A stretch of DNA of 5,307 nucleotides from a virus (lineage: Duplodnaviria; Heunggongvirae; Uroviricota; Caudoviricetes): IMG/VR virus record IMGVR_UViG_2778261689_000010; one strand, written 5' to 3'. Positions 1 to 5,307 of this stretch are shown in pieces. The stretch's first letter is position 1. Every line of letters begins with the position of its first letter. The position numbers were made by a program, and so were the translations under genes. The notes under the pieces are model-generated. The model was not told the origin of the DNA. It saw nothing but the letters and a program-made list of their open reading frames with translations, and searched no databases.

Positions 1-207
1 TCAGTCAACCACCAGGGAATAATCCTTCATATTATTATCGTGCTTCACCAACGCTGCCTCAATTGCCCTGAATGCTTCCAGAGACACCTTATGTTCTATA
101 CATGCAATTACAACATCAGGGTAACTCATAGAAATGGTGCTATTAAGCATATTTTTTACACGAATCAGATCCACGGAGGGATCATCAGCAGATTGTTCTT
201 TATTCAT
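1..207 (-). CDS. ybcW: Small prophage protein of unknown function, YbcW-like (68 aa)
   Basis: Complete minus-strand ORF: ATG at 207-205, stop TGA at 3-1. GGAG Shine-Dalgarno (revcomp of 215-218) sits 7 nt upstream of the ATG. Sequence recognised from memory as DLP12 YbcW, and its position beside ybcV/bor fits that prophage. Confidence 0.7.
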
Positions 208-369
208 TTTGTCGCTCCATGCGCTTGCTCTTCATCTAGCGGTTAAAATATTACTTCAAATCTTTCTGTATGAAGGTTTGAGCACGTTGGCCTTACATAC
301 ATCTGTCGGTTGTATTTCCCTCCAGAATGCCAGCAGGACCGCACTTTGTTACGCAACCAATACTATTAA

Positions 370-398
370 TTGAAAACATTCCTAATATTTGACATAAA
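370..398 (+). promoter_or_regulatory. Candidate sigma70 promoter for the YbcV-like gene: -35 TTGAAA (370-375), 17-bp spacer, extended -10 TGaCATAAA (390-398)
   Basis: Hexamer match and spacing read directly from the sequence, about 95 bp upstream of ATG 493. The region is AT-rich, so a chance match is possible. Confidence 0.3.
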
Positions 399-492
399 TC
401 ATCAACAAAACACAAAGAGGTCAGACCAGATTGAAGCGATAAAAACGATAATGCAAACTACGCGCCCTCGTATCACATGGAAGGTTTTACCA

Positions 493-903
493 ATGGCTCA
501 GGTTGCCATTTTTAAAGAAATATTCGATCAAGTGCGAAAAGATTTAAACTGTGAATTGTTTTATTCTGAACTAAAACGTCACAATGTCTCACATTATATT
601 TACTATCTAGCCACAGATAATATTCACATTGTGTTAGAAAACGATAACACCGTGTTAATAAAAGGACTTAAAAAGGTTGTAAATGTTAAATTCTCAAGAA
701 ATACGCATCTTATAGAAACGTCCTATGATAGGTTGAAATCAAGAGAAATCACATTTCAGCAATACAGGGAAAATCTTGCTAAAGCAGGAGTTTTCCGATG
801 GATTACAAATATCCACGAACATAAAAGATATTACTATACCTTTGATAATTCATTACTATTTACTGAGAGCATTCAGAACACTACACAAATCTTTCCACGC
901 TAA
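493..903 (+). CDS. ybcV: DUF1398-like prophage protein, YbcV-like (136 aa)
   Basis: The ORF-track frame 370..903 begins at TTG. The first ATG with a good Shine-Dalgarno (GGAAGG at 479-484, 8-nt spacer) is 493, giving 136 aa ([11 protein letters not shown]...), which matches my recollection of K-12 YbcV. ATG 451 is an alternative start without a Shine-Dalgarno. Stop TAA at 901-903. Confidence 0.7.
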   Translation: MAQVAIFKEIFDQVRKDLNCELFYSELKRHNVSHYIYYLATDNIHIVLENDNTVLIKGLKKVVNVKFSRNTHLIETSYDRLKSREITFQQYRENLAKAGVFRWITNIHEHKRYYYTFDNSLLFTESIQNTTQIFPR

Positions 904-1193
904 ATCATAACGTCCGGTTTCTTCCGTGTCAGCACCGGGGTGTTGGCATAATACAATACATGTACGCGCTAAACCCTGTGTGCATCGTTTTTAATTATTC
1001 CCGGACACTCCCGCAGAGAAGTTCCCCGTCAGGGCTGTGGACATAGTTAATCCGGGAATACAATGACGATTCATCGCACCTGGCATACATTAATAAATAT
1101 TAACAATATGAAATTTCAACTCATTGTTTAGGGTTTGTTTAATTTTCTACACATACGATTCTGCGAACTTCAAAAAGCATCGGGAATAACACC

Positions 1194-1487
1194 ATGAAAA
1201 AAATGCTACTCGCTACTGCGCTGGCCCTGCTTATTACAGGATGTGCTCAACAGACATTTACTGTTCAAAACAAACAGACAGCAGTAGCACCAAAGGAAAC
1301 CATCACCCATCATTTCTTCGTTTCTGGAATTGGGCAGAAGAAAACTGTCGATGCAGCTAAAATTTGTGGCGGCGCAGAAAATGTTGTTAAAACAGAAACC
1401 CAGCAAACATTCGTAAATGGATTGCTCGGTTTTATTACTTTAGGCATTTATACTCCGCTGGAAGCGCGTGTGTATTGCTCAAAATAA
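1194..1487 (+). CDS. bor: Bor outer-membrane lipoprotein (lambda Bor / Iss family, serum-resistance moron), 97 aa
   Basis: Near-identical to lambda Bor over its full length (MKKMLLATALALLITGCAQQTF...ARVYCS). Signal peptide plus lipobox LITGC. Convergent with Rz, as in lambda. Confidence 0.92.
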   Translation: MKKMLLATALALLITGCAQQTFTVQNKQTAVAPKETITHHFFVSGIGQKKTVDAAKICGGAENVVKTETQQTFVNGLLGFITLGIYTPLEARVYCSK

Positions 1488-1518
1488 TTGCATGAGTTGC
1501 CCATCGATATGGTCAGCT

Positions 1519-1980
1519 CTATCTGCACTGCTCATTAATATACTTCTGGGTTCCTTCCAGTTGTTTTTGCATAGTGATCAGCCTCTCTCTGAGGGTGAAA
1601 TAATCCCGTTCAGCGGTGTCTGCCAGTCGGGGGGAGGCTGCATTATCCACGCCGGAGGCCGTGGTGGCTTCACGCACTGACTGACAGACTGCTTTGATGT
1701 GCAACCGACGACGACCAGCGGCAACATCATCACGCAGAGCATCATTTTCAGCTTTCGCATCAGCTAACTCCTTCGTGTATTTTGCATCGAGCGCAGCAAC
1801 ATCACGCTGACGCATCTGCATGTCAGTAATTGCCGCGTTCGCTAGCTTCAGTTCTCTGGCATTTTTGTCGCGCTGGACTTTGTAGGCGATTGCGTTATCA
1901 CGGTAATGATTGACCGCCCATGACAGGCTGACGATGATGCAGATAATCAGAGCGGATATAATCGCGGTTACTCTGCTCAC
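1519..1980 (-). CDS. rzpD: Rz i-spanin (inner-membrane spanin), 153 aa, GTG start
   Basis: Near-identical to lambda Rz ([10 protein letters not shown]...[10 protein letters not shown]): N-terminal TMD followed by coiled-coil. The ORF-track start at 1992 is also GTG. I prefer GTG at 1980-1978 because it aligns with the lambda Rz N-terminus and forms the GTGA overlap with the endolysin stop (1979-1977). Confidence 0.88.
   Translation of the reverse strand: MSRVTAIISALIICIIVSLSWAVNHYRDNAIAYKVQRDKNARELKLANAAITDMQMRQRDVAALDAKYTKELADAKAENDALRDDVAAGRRRLHIKAVCQSVREATTASGVDNAASPRLADTAERDYFTLRERLITMQKQLEGTQKYINEQCR
1578..1760 (-). CDS. rzoD: Rz1 o-spanin lipoprotein (60 aa), embedded in the +1 frame inside Rz
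   Basis: ATG at 1760-1758. Translation [22 protein letters not shown]...[29 protein letters not shown] is near-identical to lambda Rz1. Lipobox VVGC and proline-rich periplasmic segment. Fully nested in Rz in a different frame. Confidence 0.88.
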   Translation of the reverse strand: MRKLKMMLCVMMLPLVVVGCTSKQSVSQCVKPPRPPAWIMQPPPDWQTPLNGIISPSERG

Positions 1981-2360
1981 TGTTGCCCCCACAAACAGAC
2001 TTCACGCTCAATCTCACGACGAGTCATCAGGCCTTTCCATTGCTTACCGCCAGCGTATGTCCAGCGACGCAGCTGATCACATGCGACTTTGATATACGGG
2101 TTAATTTGTCTGGCGACAGTGGCAAGGTCTTTATTCAAGAGTGCTTTGCATTCTGCTTTGGTATACGTTTTACCGAGCATGATGTCTTTTCCGGTGTGTC
2201 CGTGACATACAGTCCATACACCAACAATATCTTTGTATGGTATGTAGCTGACACCTTCCAGACCATCGTTACCACTTGGGCCAGTGATTAACACTGATGC
2301 TATAGCAATTGCTCCGCCACCAATAGCAGCAGCAACGGCTTTTCGTAATGATGGAGGCAT
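1977..2360 (-). CDS. rrrD: SAR endolysin (phage 21 R / RrrD family, T4-lysozyme fold), 127 aa; internally shortened and probably defective
   Basis: ATG at 2360-2358 overlaps the holin stop (TAATG). N-terminal signal-anchor-release segment [20 protein letters not shown]. Catalytic triad at E35, D44, T50. C-terminus ...[28 protein letters not shown]. Stop TGA at 1979-1977 overlaps the Rz GTG. The conserved central block of the lysozyme fold is absent between ...NPYIKV and ACDQLRRW. Confidence 0.85.
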   Translation of the reverse strand: MPPSLRKAVAAAIGGGAIAIASVLITGPSGNDGLEGVSYIPYKDIVGVWTVCHGHTGKDIMLGKTYTKAECKALLNKDLATVARQINPYIKVACDQLRRWTYAGGKQWKGLMTRREIEREVCLWGQQ

Positions 2361-2575
2361 TATTCACCTCTCGCAGCCTTGCGCTTATCTTCTTTAATCT
2401 TGAAATAAAGGTTTGTCAGGTACGTCAGCAGGCCAAATACCAGGCTACCCAGCACACCTATTGCTGCCCACTGTGAGGGAGTGACTTTATCTAGCAGCTG
2501 TAAAAACCAGTACCCGGCACTACCTGCTGAGGTGCCATAGGCGACACCCGTTGTTAACTTATCCATGGATTTCAT
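2360..2575 (-). CDS. essD: Class II pinholin S (phage 21 S21-type), 71 aa, with dual-start motif (Met1 antiholin / Met4 holin)
   Basis: ATG at 2575-2573 with GAGGTG Shine-Dalgarno upstream. Second in-frame ATG at codon 4 (2566-2564), giving the MKSM dual start. Two TMDs and a charged C-terminal tail [13 protein letters not shown]. Stop TAA at 2362-2360. Sequence matches phage 21 S / K-12 EssD from memory. Confidence 0.9.
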
Positions 2576-2685
2576 AACCCCACCTCGCAGACAAAGCGGG
2601 TGTAAATTGAGGGAATACTACGAAACGTAACAGACTCGGAGTCAGTGAATAACTCAGGTATTGGGTTATCAGCTAATATCGAGAC

Positions 2686-2720
2686 TCAAAAAATGGAAAA
2701 ACCCGCTCGACGGCGGGTTT
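2686..2720 (-). terminator. Candidate intrinsic terminator on the minus strand (possible tR' of the late operon), 124 nt upstream of the holin start
   Basis: Minus-strand reading: AAACCCGC-cgtcga-GCGGGTTT followed by TTCCATTTTTT. The GC-rich core stem is only 5-6 bp, so strength is uncertain. No comparable T-tract on the plus strand. Confidence 0.45.
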
Positions 2721-2725
2721 AAGCT

Positions 2726-3147
2726 GTGTGACGAAGTAACCACTCTTAACAGCATAACCAATTTTTTACGTACGTAAACCACTAAATGATATTTGAGAGA
2801 ATGCTACCGAGTATTGAAAACACCACTACAAATACATAAGCAAATCTCAACAAATAACCAAAAAATAATTTCCAGTGTTATTTTTAGCCGGTTTAAATTG
2901 AACCTTCAAATTATAGAGCACTTATAAATAACAGCCGTTAATATAAATTGGCTAATAGATTTATTTTTATTCAGCCAAGAGCCATGAATAGGATTCGATA
3001 GAAAAAAGTTCAGATAAAAATAGAGATCTACTTCACAAATCAAACGAGAAACCAAAACTTACATCTTGAAATAATCACATTGATTAGATGAATATTTATC
3101 GCGCAGTGACATCATTTTTTAATAATAGTTCAAAAAAAGGGCTCACG
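2726..3147. promoter_or_regulatory. AT-rich divergent control region between holin (minus) and porin (plus); must contain the porin promoter and may contain the Q-dependent late promoter pR'
   Basis: About 420 bp of strongly AT-rich non-coding DNA with many -10-like hexamers, for example a perfect TATAAT on the minus strand (revcomp of 2910-2915) and TTGAAA at 3066-3071 on the plus strand. No -35/-10 pair with good spacing could be fixed by eye. Confidence 0.4.
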
Positions 3148-4245
3148 ATGAAAAAATTAACAGTGGCAATTTCTGCTGTAGCTGCATCAGTACTAATGGC
3201 GATGTCTGCTCAGGCAGCTGAAATTTATAATAAAGACAGTAACAAGCTGGATCTGTACGGGAAAGTTAATGCTAAGCACTACTTCTCCTCTAATGATGCA
3301 GATGATGGTGATACTACTTATGCCCGTCTTGGCTTCAAAGGTGAAACCCAAATCAACGATCAACTGACTGGTTTCGGTCAGTGGGAATATGAATTCAAAG
3401 GCAACCGCGCTGAATCTCAAGGTTCCTCCAAAGATAAAACCCGTCTTGCCTTCGCTGGCCTGAAATTCGGTGACTACGGCTCCATCGATTACGGCCGTAA
3501 CTACGGTGTAGCATACGACATCGGTGCGTGGACTGACGTCCTGCCAGAATTCGGTGGTGACACTTGGACTCAAACCGACGTGTTCATGACTCAACGTGCA
3601 ACTGGTGTTGCAACCTATCGTAACAACGACTTCTTTGGTCTGGTTGATGGTCTGAACTTTGCTGCTCAGTACCAAGGCAAAAACGATCGTAGCGATTTCG
3701 ATAACTACACTGAAGGTAACGGTGATGGCTTCGGTTTCTCTGCTACCTATGAATACGAAGGATTCGGTATCGGTGCAACTTATGCGAAATCTGATCGTAC
3801 CGACACTCAAGTTAATGCAGGGAAAGTTCTTCCTGAAGTATTTGCTTCCGGTAAAAATGCAGAAGTTTGGGCCGCAGGTCTGAAATATGACGCTAACAAC
3901 ATTTACCTGGCCACTACCTATTCTGAAACCCAGAATATGACTGTATTTGCTGATCACTTCGTTGCTAATAAAGCCCAAAACTTCGAAGCTGTTGCACAAT
4001 ATCAGTTCGATTTCGGTCTGCGTCCGTCCGTTGCTTACCTGCAATCTAAAGGTAAGGATCTTGGAGTATGGGGCGATCAGGACTTAGTCAAATATGTTGA
4101 TGTAGGTGCAACCTATTACTTCAACAAAAATATGTCTACTTTCGTTGATTACAAAATCAACCTGCTTGACAAAAATGACTTCACTAAAGCACTCGGTGTA
4201 AGCACTGATGACATCGTTGCTGTAGGTCTGGTTTACCAGTTCTAA
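3148..4245 (+). CDS. nmpC: General diffusion porin of the OmpC/OmpF family, prophage-encoded (NmpC / Lc / OmpD-like), 365 aa precursor
   Basis: ATG at 3148 with AAAAGG Shine-Dalgarno region. Signal peptide [23 protein letters not shown], with cleavage before AEIYNKD. Porin hallmark L3-loop motif PEFGGD. Alternating beta-strand pattern and C-terminal ...VYQF with terminal Phe. Uninterrupted reading frame to TAA at 4243-4245. The ORF-track start at 3088 is an unsupported in-frame extension. Confidence 0.93.
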   Translation: MKKLTVAISAVAASVLMAMSAQAAEIYNKDSNKLDLYGKVNAKHYFSSNDADDGDTTYARLGFKGETQINDQLTGFGQWEYEFKGNRAESQGSSKDKTRLAFAGLKFGDYGSIDYGRNYGVAYDIGAWTDVLPEFGGDTWTQTDVFMTQRATGVATYRNNDFFGLVDGLNFAAQYQGKNDRSDFDNYTEGNGDGFGFSATYEYEGFGIGATYAKSDRTDTQVNAGKVLPEVFASGKNAEVWAAGLKYDANNIYLATTYSETQNMTVFADHFVANKAQNFEAVAQYQFDFGLRPSVAYLQSKGKDLGVWGDQDLVKYVDVGATYYFNKNMSTFVDYKINLLDKNDFTKALGVSTDDIVAVGLVYQF

Positions 4246-4261
4246 TCTGATTACGAAAAAG

Positions 4262-4295
4262 ATATGTTGCGGGAGGCGTTGCCTCCCCAACATAT
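4262..4295. other. Long imperfect stem-loop (about 14 bp with one bulge, 5-nt loop) just 3' of the porin stop; possible minus-strand intrinsic terminator
   Basis: ATATGTTG(C)GGGAGG-cgttg-CCTCCCCAACATAT. On the minus strand the hairpin is followed by CTTTTT (revcomp of 4256-4261). On the plus strand it is followed by AAGTGGC, with no U-tract. Confidence 0.35.
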
Positions 4296-4383
4296 AAGTG
4301 GCTCCCTCAAGCCACTTCCTTTAGAAGCACAACCTTGCTTCTAACTATATAAACCTTCTGTTATATATTACCCTTTATTTTTG

Positions 4384-4410
4384 GGGGCGTCTCAACGCCC
4401 CATTTTTAAT
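4384..4410 (+). terminator. Rho-independent terminator on the plus strand (porin transcript)
   Basis: GGGGCGT-ctca-ACGCCCC: 7-bp GC-rich stem (4384-4390 / 4395-4401) followed by ATTTTTAATAATTTTT. The minus-strand reading has an A-rich tail, so it is unidirectional. Confidence 0.7.
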
Positions 4411-4434
4411 AATTTTTAGTAAACAATTGGCATA

Positions 4435-4818
4435 TTAATTAGAGTTATTAACAACGATATCCATCTCTAACCGGATATCTAATGCCATTAACATCCCTTC
4501 AATTATGCCCTCAGCCTTCTGTAACCTTTTCCCGATATAACCATCAGAGCAGCAATGCTTACCTGCCAGTGACATGAATGTCATACCGACTACATAATAA
4601 TCTACTAATAAATCGTGCAAATCGCTGTTGTTCTTTTTCAGACGGGCCATGCACCCGCAAATGATCATCGCGTCATCGTCACAACATTGCGGGCGAGATT
4701 TTACTTTTGAAGTAATTAATCCCTTAAAACCGGCGGCAATGGACGACCAGGTCACATCTTCATGATTATTAGCCGCCCACGCTCCCCAACGCTCAAGAAC
4801 CATCTGAATATCACGCAT
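4435..4818 (-). CDS. quuD: Late-gene antiterminator Q (phage 21/82-type, QuuD-like), 127 aa
   Basis: ATG at 4818-4816 preceded by GGAG Shine-Dalgarno (GGAGTAAGTTGATG). The ORF-track start at 4833 is a TTG with no Shine-Dalgarno. Cys-rich putative zinc-binding motifs ([19 protein letters not shown]). Stop TAA at 4437-4435. Gene order rusA-ylcG-Q is typical of this prophage family. Confidence 0.85.
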   Translation of the reverse strand: MRDIQMVLERWGAWAANNHEDVTWSSIAAGFKGLITSKVKSRPQCCDDDAMIICGCMARLKKNNSDLHDLLVDYYVVGMTFMSLAGKHCCSDGYIGKRLQKAEGIIEGMLMALDIRLEMDIVVNNSN

Positions 4819-4903
4819 CAACTTACTCCACAAAAATCAGACCAGAACGCCAATTACAAGCAAAAATCAACAAAACAGTATTAGTTGATTGTTATCTCTG
4901 ACT

Positions 4904-5041
4904 TCATACTCCTGCTCCTGTCAGGGTTTTGGCGTAATTCTTCAGTATTCGGTAATCGGTCAAAACAGAACCGGGGAAACGATATAAGCGCAGACGCCCC
5001 CAGCGGTGGCGAAGAAGTTCTGCCATATTAAACTCAAACAT
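4904..5041 (-). CDS. ylcG: Small protein YlcG-like (45 aa), not in the supplied ORF track
   Basis: Translated by hand from the minus strand: ATG at 5041-5039 overlaps the rusA stop (TGATG). [45 protein letters not shown], stop TGA at 4906-4904. Matches my recollection of K-12 YlcG and its position between rusA and Q. Confidence 0.6.
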   Translation of the reverse strand: MFEFNMAELLRHRWGRLRLYRFPGSVLTDYRILKNYAKTLTGAGV

Positions 5042-5307
5042 CATTCATTCCCCATTTCGGTGATGGTCAGTTCCAGCCTCCCACCTTTGGTAACAGGCAT
5101 CTTCACAACGCGGTAATCAACGACCTGAGCATCATCCAGCCAGAAACCTGCTTTAGTGAGTGCGTCAAAAGCGGCTTTTTGCAGATTATCCAGGTCACGG
5201 CGACGGCGATCCGGCATGTGGCACTCAATGCGGATTTTCACAGGCATAGCCAGGCCGATATCCAGCATTGCGTTTTTAATGATTCGGGCGACGTTATCGC
5301 GGTATGC
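5041..5307 (-). CDS. rusA: RusA Holliday-junction resolvase, C-terminal about 88 codons (5' end lies beyond the window edge)
   Basis: Minus-strand frame open from the window edge to stop TGA at 5043-5041. The ORF-track product ...[75 protein letters not shown] matches the RusA C-terminus, including the acidic catalytic region. Confidence 0.85.
   Translation of the reverse strand, partial: AYRDNVARIIKNAMLDIGLAMPVKIRIECHMPDRRRRDLDNLQKAAFDALTKAGFWLDDAQVVDYRVVKMPVTKGGRLELTITEMGNE

Noticed and set aside
40-373. Two plus-strand ORFs (40..246 and 134..373) overlapping the YbcW-like gene
   Set aside because: They are antisense shadows of the minus-strand gene, with Cys/Leu-rich low-complexity products and no initiation signals.
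370-492. TTG-initiated N-terminal extension of the YbcV-like ORF
   Set aside because: It has a non-ATG start and no Shine-Dalgarno, and it would overlap the candidate promoter. ATG 493 has a good Shine-Dalgarno and gives the 136-aa length I recall for the homolog.
914-938. Short inverted repeat CCGGT...ACCGG after the YbcV-like stop, considered as a terminator
   Set aside because: The stem is only 5 bp with a 15-nt loop and there is no downstream U-tract.
1206-1406. 66-aa minus-strand ORF inside bor
   Set aside because: It is antisense to a near-identical lambda Bor homolog and has no support.
1468-2291. Plus-strand ORFs 1468..1680, 1910..2092 and 1983..2291 opposite Rz and the endolysin
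   Set aside because: They are antisense to the conserved lysis genes and Gly/Cys-rich or low-complexity. The Rz/Rz1 region already accounts for the dual coding on the minus strand.
3088-3147. N-terminal extension of the porin ([20 protein letters not shown]) from the ORF-track start
   Set aside because: The signal peptide begins at MKKL (ATG 3148), which has a Shine-Dalgarno. The extension would place 20 residues ahead of the signal peptide.
3659-3883. 74-aa plus-strand ORF in an alternative frame inside the porin
   Set aside because: It is an out-of-frame overlap within a well-supported CDS, with no independent signals.
3193-4044. 283-aa minus-strand ORF lying wholly inside the porin gene
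   Set aside because: It is antisense to a strongly supported porin CDS. Its translation is low-complexity with no recognisable motif, signal or Shine-Dalgarno. Long antisense frames are common opposite compositionally biased genes.
4084-4293. 69-aa minus-strand ORF spanning the porin 3' end and the first hairpin
   Set aside because: It is antisense to the porin and runs through the terminator-like palindrome. Most likely spurious.
4819-4833. TTG start extension of Q (MWSKL...)
   Set aside because: The GGAG Shine-Dalgarno is positioned for ATG 4818, and the extension would include the Shine-Dalgarno itself.
1-5307. CRISPR arrays, IS elements, tRNA or attachment-site repeats
   Set aside because: No spaced direct repeats, no IS-like terminal inverted repeats or transposase ORFs, and no tRNA-like structures were seen. 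The porin frame is uninterrupted.

Overview
This window is the late/lysis region of a lambdoid prophage of the DLP12 / phage-21 type from an E. coli-like enterobacterium. Every substantial ORF matches a known gene of that module. Reading the phage late direction on the minus strand: rusA (3' part, runs off the right edge), ylcG, antiterminator Q (quuD), then an intact OmpC-family porin on the plus strand (nmpC/Lc-like, with no IS interruption), a 572-bp AT-rich control region, pinholin S (essD), SAR endolysin R (rrrD), and the nested spanin pair Rz/Rz1 (rzpD/rzoD). These are followed by bor (plus), a YbcV-like gene (plus) and a YbcW-like gene (minus). I see no CRISPR array, tRNA, rRNA or IS element, and no convincing undescribed system. 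The most notable observation is that the endolysin ORF is only 127 aa: it keeps its SAR anchor, catalytic triad and C-terminus but lacks an internal block of the lysozyme core, consistent with an in-frame deletion of roughly 38 codons. Secondary points are the position of the Q-dependent late promoter and terminator, which I could not fix from sequence alone (two candidate sites), a cluster of four stem-loops between the convergent porin and Q genes, and a 45-aa ylcG ORF that the ORF track missed. Several ORF-track starts are non-ATG artefacts and are corrected here (Rz starts at GTG 1980, Q at ATG 4818, YbcV at ATG 493, porin at ATG 3148). Homolog names and lengths are recalled from memory and need confirmation by alignment.
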